This document shows positions 47,604 to 56,250 of a stretch of 61,474 bases of DNA, piece by piece (the first letter of the stretch is position 1; every line of letters starts with the position of its first letter). This DNA comes from an uncultured Candidatus Saccharibacteria bacterium (GTDB lineage: Bacteria > Patescibacteriota > Saccharimonadia > Saccharimonadales > UBA10212), in NCBI GenBank assembly GCA_964483315.1, contig CAZAAL010000003.1, positions 90,805 through 152,278 of the forward strand, given 5' to 3'. The position numbers were made by a program, and so were the translations under genes. The notes under the pieces were generated by a model. The model had not been told where the DNA came from and made no database searches. It was given only the letters and a program-made list of their open reading frames with translations.

Positions 47604-48305
47604 ATGACCGAAGCAAAACGCTTTGAAAGTGTTATTAAAATGGGATTTGTATTGGCTTTAACGCTAGTACTAGCCTTTAGTGGGGGATCGCTTTATGCAG
47701 CTAATACCCCAAACTTTACACAAACTATAAACGCAGGAGTGTTAGCAACTGATATCTTAGATTCATCTAGGGTTAGTGTTGGCTCGCCGACTGTAGCTCT
47801 ATCGTCAAAGACTTTTTCTTTTGATTGTTATAGCGGCGGTACTGCGTCAACAGGCACATTGGGTACTAACACTGAGCGTGTTTATGTAATGAACCCGGAC
47901 GCTGCCGATAACGGCTGGACGCTTACAATTGCAGCAACAAGTGGTGCAACAACTGCTTGGGATGCAGGCGCTGCTACTGACTATGATTTTAACGATCCAG
48001 GTGGTTCAGGCTGTACTGATGGCGGTGATGCCGATAGCTTTGGTGGACAGCTGACAATTGATGCTAATGCAGGTACGCTTACGGCTGATTGTTTAAGCTG
48101 TACGACTACTAACGTCACCAAAGGTTCCAGTACTGCTTTTAACCAAGGCACGACCGATAGTGTAACTTTACTTTCAGCAGCTTCTGGTTCAGATGATATC
48201 TGGAGAGGTTACTTAACTAATGCTGGAGTTTCGCAAACTATACCTGCGGAACAAGTATCAGGTAGTTATTCGCTTGGTATGACCTTAACGGTCACAGCAC
48301 TGTAA
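47604..48305 (+). CDS. Secreted WxL-like surface protein, paralog 2
   Basis: Collinear with paralog 1 and highly similar by eye. Signal peptide ending LYA-ANTPNF, a GWTLTIAAT motif, C-terminal GSYSLGMTLTVTAL. SD GAGGGGG. Confidence 0.6.
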   Translation: MTEAKRFESVIKMGFVLALTLVLAFSGGSLYAANTPNFTQTINAGVLATDILDSSRVSVGSPTVALSSKTFSFDCYSGGTASTGTLGTNTERVYVMNPDAADNGWTLTIAATSGATTAWDAGAATDYDFNDPGGSGCTDGGDADSFGGQLTIDANAGTLTADCLSCTTTNVTKGSSTAFNQGTTDSVTLLSAASGSDDIWRGYLTNAGVSQTIPAEQVSGSYSLGMTLTVTAL

Positions 48306-48377
48306 GACTCTATCAAATAAAAACCCTAAACACTCGGCTGATTAATCGGCTGGTCTAACCCCTCATTGCAAAATAAT

Positions 48378-49589
48378 ATGCACATAAACTTTAAAAAAAT
48401 CAGTCGCTTTAGCTCGGTGGTAGCCTTACTGCTGTTAGTTTTGCTTTCGCCACAGCTAGTTAGCGCTATTGAATACCGTGGTATTGGCGGACAACCCGCA
48501 AACCCAAGGTCAGATAACCCACGCTCAAATTCAATATTTATCTACGCACTCAAGCCTGGCGAATCAGTTAAGGATGCGGTTATAGTTAGGAATGGTACTG
48601 AACAGACCAACACAATATTGGTTTACCCTACTGATTCACTGGTTTCAAGTGGTGGAGCTTTTGCTTGTGAACAAAAAGTTGAAGATGCGAACAATGTTGG
48701 TTCCTGGATCAAGATGGATCGAACCGAAGTTGAATTACCGCCACAAGGCTCTGAAACAGTTGGGTTTACGCTTACCGTTCCAAAAGATGCCGATGTTGGT
48801 GAGCATAATGGCTGTATTGCTATTCAGTCCGGGACTGCTCTGCCAGAAAAAGATGTAAATGGTTTAACACTTAGCTTTCGTTCGGCAATCAGGGTTGCCG
48901 TTACAGTGCCTGGCAAAATTAACAAGTCTTTAAATATAACCAAGCTTGAACTACAAAAAGCATCGTCTGCCGATAAACAAGGTGTGAAGACGGAGTTTAG
49001 AAACCGCGGGAACGTTTCACTTGACACCGATGTTACTGTGCAAATGACCGGTCCTTTTGGTAGGCAGATCGAAAAGATTGATGGTACATATGTAATGCTA
49101 TCTGGTGTTTCAACAGAGCTTAACTTCGAGCTAAAACGACCTAAGATTCCTTGGTTTTATACGGTTAGCGTAATTGGTAAGTATAATGACGATCCATCCA
49201 AGCCCCTTGGACAGACTGCTGACAAAAACAACGTAGTTGTAAAATCAAAAACTGTAATAATTTGGCCAAGCCTAAAGCAGCTGGCTATCATTATGCTGAT
49301 ATTAGCGGTAGTCATAGCTATCTTCATGAAATTCTTTTACAAGAAGTACTTACTGAAAAAACGTCAAAAAAGCGCACGTCGATATATCGTTAAAAAAGGT
49401 GACACGCTTGAAGGTATTGCCGACAAGCTTGGTGTAAGCTGGTACGATGTAGCGCTGCTTAATAATCTAAAAGCTCCATATAAGTTAAGTAGTGGCAAAA
49501 AGTTACTGTATGTACCCACTAAAGCTAAGCCTAGAACAAAAAAAGGCAAAAAGGTCAGTAAAAAGCAAATCTTAAAGCGCAAGAAGTAA
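48378..49589 (+). CDS. DUF916/DUF3324-like cell-surface protein with a C-terminal TM anchor followed by a LysM domain and a poly-basic tail
   Basis: The ATG at 48378 is preferred over the TTG at 48366. Signal peptide. NSIFIYALKPGESVKDAVIVRNGTEQTNTILVYPTDS resembles the DUF916 core. TM LAIIMLILAVVIAIFMKFF. LysM YIVKKGDTLEGIADKLGVSWYDVALLNNLKAPYKLSSGKKLLYVP. Confidence 0.6.
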   Translation: MHINFKKISRFSSVVALLLLVLLSPQLVSAIEYRGIGGQPANPRSDNPRSNSIFIYALKPGESVKDAVIVRNGTEQTNTILVYPTDSLVSSGGAFACEQKVEDANNVGSWIKMDRTEVELPPQGSETVGFTLTVPKDADVGEHNGCIAIQSGTALPEKDVNGLTLSFRSAIRVAVTVPGKINKSLNITKLELQKASSADKQGVKTEFRNRGNVSLDTDVTVQMTGPFGRQIEKIDGTYVMLSGVSTELNFELKRPKIPWFYTVSVIGKYNDDPSKPLGQTADKNNVVVKSKTVIIWPSLKQLAIIMLILAVVIAIFMKFFYKKYLLKKRQKSARRYIVKKGDTLEGIADKLGVSWYDVALLNNLKAPYKLSSGKKLLYVPTKAKPRTKKGKKVSKKQILKRKK

Positions 49590-49594
49590 ATTGA

Positions 49595-49623
49595 TTGACA
49601 TATCAGTTGGTTGTTAGTATACT
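49595..49623 (+). promoter_or_regulatory. Near-consensus promoter TTGACA-N17-TATACT
   Basis: Hexamers at 49595-49600 and 49618-49623, about 57 nt upstream of the ATG at 49680. Confidence 0.5.
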
Positions 49624-49679
49624 TAGCGTAAGTACTTTACCGTCTCGCAACAGGCGTACAAAACAAAAACTATTTAAAT

Positions 49680-50156
49680 ATGTTGCGACGACTACTAAAA
49701 ATCCTGCCCTTTCTAGTTTTTAGCGTTTTTTTTGTAGCTAAAGCTTCAGCTAGCTCGAATCCGACATTTAAGTTAAGAATATTACCAAAAGACTGCATTT
49801 TTACGGTTTTGGACGTCGGCACACAAACTTTATTTTTTATAACTCCAAAAATATGTGAGCCACCGCCACCAGTTAATACCTCTACAAACCTTGAGCTTCC
49901 ACTTGAGCAGCTTGTAACTTATGAAGACGCTACTGGTAAAACTACTTTTATACCACCAGCCAACAATAATCCTAAGGTTGATAATATAAGCATTGACTCA
50001 TATAAAATTATTGGCAGCATTACTAATACATTGTTTTATGCTATTGGCTGGACGTTAATTGGGCTGCTTTGGGCGCTCTTAATATTTACCATTGCTTTTG
50101 GGCTAGCAGGCTTTAGAAAATTCATCGCTACACTTGGCTCTGTCATTCATCGTTAG
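49680..50156 (+). CDS. Small hypothetical protein with a signal peptide and a C-terminal TM anchor
   Basis: 158 aa. Signal LPFLVFSVFFVAKASA and C-terminal TM LFYAIGWTLIGLLWALLIFTIAFGLAGF. Confidence 0.5.
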   Translation: MLRRLLKILPFLVFSVFFVAKASASSNPTFKLRILPKDCIFTVLDVGTQTLFFITPKICEPPPPVNTSTNLELPLEQLVTYEDATGKTTFIPPANNNPKVDNISIDSYKIIGSITNTLFYAIGWTLIGLLWALLIFTIAFGLAGFRKFIATLGSVIHR

Positions 50157-50179
50157 AATCAGTTATTCTATATAAGATT

Positions 50180-52156
50180 ATGGGAAATAAAAAATTCTTT
50201 AGGCAATTTTTTGTTACGTTTATAATTACCACGCTTGCCCTGGTAATTTTAAGCAGACTGATGTCTGGGTTTGATTTAAATAACGATCTACCAGCGGCAA
50301 TTAGTATGTCAGCTATACTTAGTTTGATAAATGTTGTACTTTGGCCTTTGATTATTAGGCTTGCCCTACCCTTTACTGTTTTGACTTTTGGGTTGGGTGT
50401 ACTGATTCTAAATGGTATGGCAGTTAGTTTGGCTGCTAGCTTAGGGTCTACCGAGGTATATATTGAGTCGTTTTGGGACTCAATCATTGTTGCTTTAGGC
50501 GTTACCGTACTAAATACACTAGTCATGTCTATTTTTTCAGTAGAAGACGATGACTTTTATTATTTGAATATAGTCAAAAAAAATTTAAATAAAAAGTCGC
50601 AATCTACACATGACCCAAATCAAACTGGACGCTTTTTTCTAGAGATTGATGGGCTTGCACACGATGTATTATTAAGAGCACTAAGGGATGGAAACGCACC
50701 TACTATGTCTCGCTGGTTACGCGAGGGTAGCCATAAACTGATTGGGTGGGAAACCGATTGGTCATCACAAACTGGTGCGATGCAGGCTGGGATCTTACAC
50801 GGCAACAATAAGAATATGCCAGCATTTAGATGGTGGGAAAAAGCCGAAAATCGAGCAATGGTTTCTAATCACCCTAAAGACGCCATGGAAATTGAGTCTA
50901 GGCATTCAAATGGGAGAGGCCTGCTAGCAAACAACGGTGCTTCGAGAGCCAACTTGCTATCAGGTGATGCACCGTACAGTATGCTGACAATGAGCACCGT
51001 ACTCAAAAAAAATAGAGGCGGTCGAATAGGCCGTGATTACTATACTTTTTTTGTTAATCCTTACAATCTTCTAAGGACAATAGTCCTAACAATCCAAGAA
51101 GTTGTGATTGAGTTGTGGCAGGCTAATCAACAAAAACGACTTGATGTGTATCCAAGAGTGCACAGGGGCTTTAGCTATTCACTGTTAAGAGCCTGGACAA
51201 CAGTTATACAGAGGGATTTGCAGGTCCAGGCAATTATTGGTGATATGTTGGCTGGCCGTCCAATTGCTTACACAACATTTTTGGGTTACGACGAGGTTGC
51301 GCATCATTCTGGGATTGAGCGACTCGATGCACTGGCAGTGTTGCGACGCATAGACAGACAATTTAAAAGGATCGAATCAGTAATTAAGATTGCACCAATT
51401 AAATACGAATTGATTATTTTGTCTGATCATGGTCAGACGCAAGGTGCTACATTCTTGCAACGATATGGGTTAAGCCTTGAGCAATTAGTTACCAATCTAA
51501 CTAATGCACAGGTTGCAGTAGTTGATCATGGCGACGAAAGCGCATCGTCGCTAAAAACATCGATTACCGAGGTCGGTAGCGGTAAGGGAGGTTTTGCCAA
51601 GATAGTCAGAGGCCTCCATAGGGAGCATAAACCATCGGATCAAACCTCGGCAGAAAACTCGAATATAGTAGTTATGGCATCCGGCTGCTTAGGCCTGATT
51701 TACTTTAAAGACATAAAATCAAGGGCGACTGCACAGCAAATCGAGAATAAGTACCCTAATCTGATTCAGTCGCTAGTTGCTCATCCCGGGGTTGGATTTT
51801 TGCTAGTAAAGGATAAAGACAATGGATCGGTTGTTCTTGGAAGAGATGGTAAAAACTTTTTGGACCAAAATAGAATTGAAGGCAAAGATCCACTTGAACA
51901 CTATGGCGAAAACGCCAGTCAACACGTATTAAGAACAAGCTCGTTTACAAATTGTGCCGACATTATGATCAACAGTACTTATTGGCCAATGACTGGCGAA
52001 GTAGCAGCCTTTGAAGAGCTTGTTGGGTCGCATGGCGGACTTGGTGGTACACAGAACCATCCATTTGTACTTTTCCCTGCAGCTTGGACTGAGCCAACTA
52101 AAGATATTGTAGGTGCTGAAACTTTACACCACCAGCTACTTAAGTGGCTTAAGTAG
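50180..52156 (+). CDS. Fusion of a DUF360/phage-holin-4-like 4-TM module to an alkaline-phosphatase-superfamily (type I phosphodiesterase-like) domain
   Basis: The N-terminal ~125 aa has the DUF360-like pattern (LINVVLWPLIIRLALPFTVLTFGLGVLILNG). The C-terminal part has FLEIDGLAHD and ILSDHGQTQG metal-site-like motifs. Confidence 0.7.
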   Translation: MGNKKFFRQFFVTFIITTLALVILSRLMSGFDLNNDLPAAISMSAILSLINVVLWPLIIRLALPFTVLTFGLGVLILNGMAVSLAASLGSTEVYIESFWDSIIVALGVTVLNTLVMSIFSVEDDDFYYLNIVKKNLNKKSQSTHDPNQTGRFFLEIDGLAHDVLLRALRDGNAPTMSRWLREGSHKLIGWETDWSSQTGAMQAGILHGNNKNMPAFRWWEKAENRAMVSNHPKDAMEIESRHSNGRGLLANNGASRANLLSGDAPYSMLTMSTVLKKNRGGRIGRDYYTFFVNPYNLLRTIVLTIQEVVIELWQANQQKRLDVYPRVHRGFSYSLLRAWTTVIQRDLQVQAIIGDMLAGRPIAYTTFLGYDEVAHHSGIERLDALAVLRRIDRQFKRIESVIKIAPIKYELIILSDHGQTQGATFLQRYGLSLEQLVTNLTNAQVAVVDHGDESASSLKTSITEVGSGKGGFAKIVRGLHREHKPSDQTSAENSNIVVMASGCLGLIYFKDIKSRATAQQIENKYPNLIQSLVAHPGVGFLLVKDKDNGSVVLGRDGKNFLDQNRIEGKDPLEHYGENASQHVLRTSSFTNCADIMINSTYWPMTGEVAAFEELVGSHGGLGGTQNHPFVLFPAAWTEPTKDIVGAETLHHQLLKWLK

Positions 52157-53336
52157 TATTAAATCGATTCTTCAGACGCTTGTATAAAGAGCGTTTTTTG
52201 CCGTCTTTGGTTCTATCTAAAGACTCTTTTTGATGAAAGACCTCAATAAACATTTGAATTGTGGTTTGAATAATAATCATCAATACAGGTCCAATCACAA
52301 TTCCTATGAATCCGAAAAATGCCAAACCTGAAAACACCGCTAAAATCATCAGTGCTGAATCTAGTTTGGCGCTTGCAGGAACAAGCTTTGGCCTCAGTAC
52401 ATTATCTATATTAGTTACGATAAGTAGATGGTTGGCGATAACTACAACTCCCTGCCAAACATTACCTGTAAGAATCATTAGTATGCCAAGTGGTATTGTG
52501 ACAATACCTGCACCGAGTGGTATGAGCGACAAGAATGAAAGGAGTATAAAAAAGAACGCAAACCAGCTCTCTAGACCTACAAGCGATAAAACAATTGCAC
52601 TTTCCAGACCCTGACAGAGCGCAATGGTAAATTGCCCTCTGACTGTTGCTTTGGTCATTGCGCCAATTTTTTGTAAGTATAAATCACTAACTTCGTCGCC
52701 AAGTGGGTTGATGCGTTTTAGTGAACTAATTATGGCTTCCTGGTTTCTTAGCATGGACATAAAAACGTATATATAAATTATTGATGTTGTAATGAGAGCA
52801 AAGATACCGCTAATTGAGCTTAGAACATTTTCAGCAAGTGCTTCTCCGAACTGTTTAATTGCGTCGGACAAAGTTGCTGTTACAGATTCGGCTGAGATTG
52901 TCTTGGATATACCCAAATTTGCTAACGTGTTATTAACAAAATCGACAAATTGATTTAACAAATCTGTAAAATTAACCGAATAACTTTCTGTGCCAATTTT
53001 ATCTGCTAATGAAGCTAATTGGAGCACCGTAAGCGTGATAATGAATATTAAAGGTACAACAACTGCAAAAACGCTAACCAAAAAAGTTAAAAGGGCTGCC
53101 TGACCGACTCCTCTACCCTTTTTTAAAAACCAGCTAAAAACCGGGTTAAATAGGTAAGCAATTATGGCTGACAAGATTATAAGCATTAGGTAGTGTTTTA
53201 AGAAGAAAACACCAACAATAATTGCAAAAATTGTTGCAATAGCTAATGCTTTTTTTTGGGACTGATTTACTTTAAGTAGCGCCATTAATTTTTCCTGTCT
53301 TTGTAATATTTTAATATAAAAATGCAAAAAAATCAA
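52149..53336 (-). CDS. AI-2E/PerM (UPF0118) family transporter
   Basis: Multi-TM protein with the DNVLRPKLV motif. The true start may be the ATG at 53285 (MALLKV...). Confidence 0.8.
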   Translation of the reverse strand: MIFLHFYIKILQRQEKLMALLKVNQSQKKALAIATIFAIIVGVFFLKHYLMLIILSAIIAYLFNPVFSWFLKKGRGVGQAALLTFLVSVFAVVVPLIFIITLTVLQLASLADKIGTESYSVNFTDLLNQFVDFVNNTLANLGISKTISAESVTATLSDAIKQFGEALAENVLSSISGIFALITTSIIYIYVFMSMLRNQEAIISSLKRINPLGDEVSDLYLQKIGAMTKATVRGQFTIALCQGLESAIVLSLVGLESWFAFFFILLSFLSLIPLGAGIVTIPLGILMILTGNVWQGVVVIANHLLIVTNIDNVLRPKLVPASAKLDSALMILAVFSGLAFFGFIGIVIGPVLMIIIQTTIQMFIEVFHQKESLDRTKDGKKRSLYKRLKNRFNTT

Positions 53337-54031
53337 CTAACTAAAAAGCCAACAGCCCCTTTTACGGCAAAGATTGCGCCAATTAAAATTAGACCGTAGG
53401 CAATATAGCTAGACGTGTCTTTTTGTACCCATACATTTAGTTTTTCATCAATTCGGTTTAGGCTTTGGTGTCTAAACCAGTGCAGATACATAATATATAG
53501 CAAAGGCAAGAATCCAATAATCAAGATCCAGACTAACACCATCGTGCTTATGGTAACGCTCCAATTGCCTACAACGGCTTGTCGAGCTAGAACTAAAATA
53601 GCAAATATATTGCTAACACTTAGGGTAGATTTAACCAAGCCGAATAAAAATATCTTTATCGGTCCTTCGGGAAGTTTAAAGTTGGCTAGCGAACGAGTTG
53701 ATTTAAAGCTTGATTTAATTTTGTATCGCTTAATACCATAGCCGACTAAAAGAAGTCCGGCCAAAACCTCAACTGAAGATGGCAAATCGAAGCTTTCCTT
53801 TATCTTTTGAATACTTATATCGCTATCTGGAGAAATAGCCATGCTCGCCAAAGTGAACATTATTGCCACGGACGTAGCAAACCCTGCCAGTAGCATAATT
53901 GTATTGAAAATTGGTCGTTTACTTCTTAACACCAATAAAAAATCAACCACAATCAGCATAGGATTAAACGATAAGATCAAACCCAGTAGGCTAACTATAA
54001 AAAGTCCGTATATAAACTCAACAAAGTCCAT
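53333..54031 (-). CDS. Hypothetical multi-pass membrane protein
   Basis: 232 aa, about 6 TM helices, family not recognised. Confidence 0.5.
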   Translation of the reverse strand: MDFVEFIYGLFIVSLLGLILSFNPMLIVVDFLLVLRSKRPIFNTIMLLAGFATSVAIMFTLASMAISPDSDISIQKIKESFDLPSSVEVLAGLLLVGYGIKRYKIKSSFKSTRSLANFKLPEGPIKIFLFGLVKSTLSVSNIFAILVLARQAVVGNWSVTISTMVLVWILIIGFLPLLYIMYLHWFRHQSLNRIDEKLNVWVQKDTSSYIAYGLILIGAIFAVKGAVGFLVS

Positions 54032-54042
54032 ACGTATTTAAT

Positions 54043-54438
54043 CTATTTTTTAGGTGTTTTTTCGGATTCAAGCACAGCCAGTTCAAGTTCCTGCTGATGC
54101 TTGTACATTTTCAGCGTGATGTAATTTATCAAGCCGTGTAATAACATGGCTAACAGTAGGTACATTATGATCGCAAAAACAGCTGATGTGCTAAAGTAAC
54201 CGGTTTCGCTGATCTGCTTTGGTGGGAAAATACCCCTAAATGGCTCTAGAAAGTTTTGAGCACCGCTATAGATGAATTTTACAAAATTGGTATCAGGATT
54301 AGCTGAAAATGCTAATAAAAATGTTCCAATTGATAAAAAAGTAATAGCAACTAGACTATAGCCATATACCAGATATGTTAGTAGCCTTGATATTTTAATC
54401 AATACTAACTTTGAATCACTAGGTTTTTGACTGGCCAT
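54043..54438 (-). CDS. Hypothetical membrane protein
   Basis: 131 aa, 3-4 hydrophobic helices. Confidence 0.5.
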   Translation of the reverse strand: MASQKPSDSKLVLIKISRLLTYLVYGYSLVAITFLSIGTFLLAFSANPDTNFVKFIYSGAQNFLEPFRGIFPPKQISETGYFSTSAVFAIIMYLLLAMLLHGLINYITLKMYKHQQELELAVLESEKTPKK

Positions 54439-54474
54439 TATTTACCTCCAATTAATATTTAGTCCTATAATAAC

Positions 54475-54506
54475 AAAACTCACGGCATTTTGTGCCGTGA
54501 GTTTTA
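54475..54506 (-). terminator. Intrinsic terminator (bidirectional form)
   Basis: AAAACTCACGGCA / loop / TGCCGTGAGTTTT. On the minus strand it is followed by TTTTGTTATTAT. Confidence 0.7.
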
Positions 54507-54528
54507 GTTTTGGCTTAAATTTTATGCC

Positions 54529-54933
54529 CTATTCGTCTTTTAGCTCACCACCGTGCACGATAACTGCCCAAAGAACTAGTATATCTACTGTGATGATTAA
54601 AAGTGACCAAATTGGGTAAATTGGAATAAACAACATGTTTGCTACTGCACTTACAAGTGCCACAATAACAGCAACCGTTCGTCCAAAAGCGTGACCTTGC
54701 ATTAGTGAGCTAGCAGCCCAGATTGCCAAAAGTCCACCAATTACGTGAATCCATCCCCACTGGGTGTAATCCAATGCCCAGATGTTTTCTTCCCCAATTA
54801 GGTAAACCGTGTCGGTAAATAATGCTGCAAAACCAGCAATTACATGGAAGAATCCGACAAGTAATAACATAATACTTGCAAATCCTACCCAACCAACCCA
54901 GCCTGACATTTCGCCAGAGTTTTTCTTAGCCAT
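54529..54933 (-). CDS. DUF7144-like membrane protein
   Basis: GWVGWVGFASIMLLLVGFFHVIAGFAALFTD..VY...W..D.TQWGWIH..G matches a conserved Actinobacteria-type family as I recall it. Confidence 0.65.
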   Translation of the reverse strand: MAKKNSGEMSGWVGWVGFASIMLLLVGFFHVIAGFAALFTDTVYLIGEENIWALDYTQWGWIHVIGGLLAIWAASSLMQGHAFGRTVAVIVALVSAVANMLFIPIYPIWSLLIITVDILVLWAVIVHGGELKDE

Positions 54934-55037
54934 AACCTTCCTCCTTAGTTGTTATACGATAATTATTGCTCCGGTAATATATTTTGTCAATCAAAAAATA
55001 AGCATTTTATTTTTTTATATCTGTTTAACCTGGATAA

Positions 55038-55808
55038 TTAATTGGTTTTTACTGTTGCCAATAAACCATAATGATCAGATACGAACACTGATTCGTCATA
55101 AATACTTGGATTGTTAAAGGTGACTTCTGTATCAATTATTTGGAATTTGTTATCCACAAATATGTAATCTATAGAGTCCGACCAACCATGTAATTTAAAT
55201 CCTCTAAATAAACCAAGCCAAAAGATGGCATTATGCCTTATTAACGCTCGTGGGCCATGCCTTTTAAATGGTGATGGGTATGTTGGCTTTTGACTAAGGC
55301 CGTTTACATTTTGATATTTGGATAGTACAAGCTTTATCGATCCCATATCTTTAGTTGCGTTAAAATCTCCCATAATAATATGTGGCTTTGGTGTAAGTCG
55401 AATAAGTTGGTTGGCATGTTTTAGACGTATTCTGTCGCTGACTATACTCCAATGCATATGAACGTTAACCAAGCTTATTTTTTTATTGTTATGGCTAACA
55501 ACTATTTGTTGCGCGACTCGTTCCTGCCTATCAAGCACAATTGTTTTAGAAAACAATATTTTTGGTTTAGATAAAAATAACAATCCTTCCTTATGGTGCA
55601 GCCGACCAGGTCGTGAAGAGATAAAATGACTATAACCTCTAAACCTATCAATAATAAATTTATCGATTTTTGAATCAAGGTCTACTTCTTGCAGTGCGAT
55701 GATATCTGGATTATATATTTTCAGTTGCTCTATAAGCAGTTTGATGCGTTCTGCTTTTTTAAAATCGTCGTTTAAAAGATTGATAGTTACGACTTTCAGA
55801 TGGCTCAC
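55038..55808 (-). CDS. Endonuclease/exonuclease/phosphatase (EEP) family protein
   Basis: IIALQEVD, NVHMHW, MGDFNAT and VSDHYG. Confidence 0.8.
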   Translation of the reverse strand: MSHLKVVTINLLNDDFKKAERIKLLIEQLKIYNPDIIALQEVDLDSKIDKFIIDRFRGYSHFISSRPGRLHHKEGLLFLSKPKILFSKTIVLDRQERVAQQIVVSHNNKKISLVNVHMHWSIVSDRIRLKHANQLIRLTPKPHIIMGDFNATKDMGSIKLVLSKYQNVNGLSQKPTYPSPFKRHGPRALIRHNAIFWLGLFRGFKLHGWSDSIDYIFVDNKFQIIDTEVTFNNPSIYDESVFVSDHYGLLATVKTN

Positions 55809-55814
55809 TGGCCA

Positions 55815-56168
55815 TTACCTATCTAGCTTAAGCGGTTTGTTTTTAGATGCATTTACAAGTTGTCTTTTGGTAACTGACCGTTTAAGGAGCAGGTTAGCAA
55901 ATGTTCCGATTATGCCTATACCTAAAATTGCATAAAACGAAGTGAATATTTTGCCCAAATTTGTAGTCGGGGTTATATCACCGTAACCAATGGTTGTAAG
56001 TGTTATAGTACAAAAATAAAAGGCATCTACCCAATTTAGTTTTTCAGTATAGTGAAAAAATATAGCACCACCAGCCAGAACTGTAACTGCTACCACCCCT
56101 GCAATTCGAAATTGATTCAAAGTACTATGGTATTCGGCTTTTATTGACTCAATTTGACGTTCTTCCAC
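55815..56168 (-). CDS. Minimal two-TM potassium channel (KcsA-like pore module only)
   Basis: Selectivity filter TLTTIGYGD between two TM helices. I prefer the GTG start at 56168, preceded by GGGAG. The longer track ORF to 56399 overlaps the MFS gene and has no channel-like sequence. Confidence 0.7.
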   Translation of the reverse strand: MEERQIESIKAEYHSTLNQFRIAGVVAVTVLAGGAIFFHYTEKLNWVDAFYFCTITLTTIGYGDITPTTNLGKIFTSFYAILGIGIIGTFANLLLKRSVTKRQLVNASKNKPLKLDR

Positions 56169-56250
56169 TTCCCTACTCCCGTCTAGATTATTTTTAGTAT
56201 AACAAAGTTTGCTGGCATTAATATAATTGCAACTATTGAGAGTTTGGGCT

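Noticed and set aside
50143-50526. 127-aa minus-strand ORF
   Set aside because: It is antisense to the DUF360-like TM module of 50180..52156 and has no SD or motif support.
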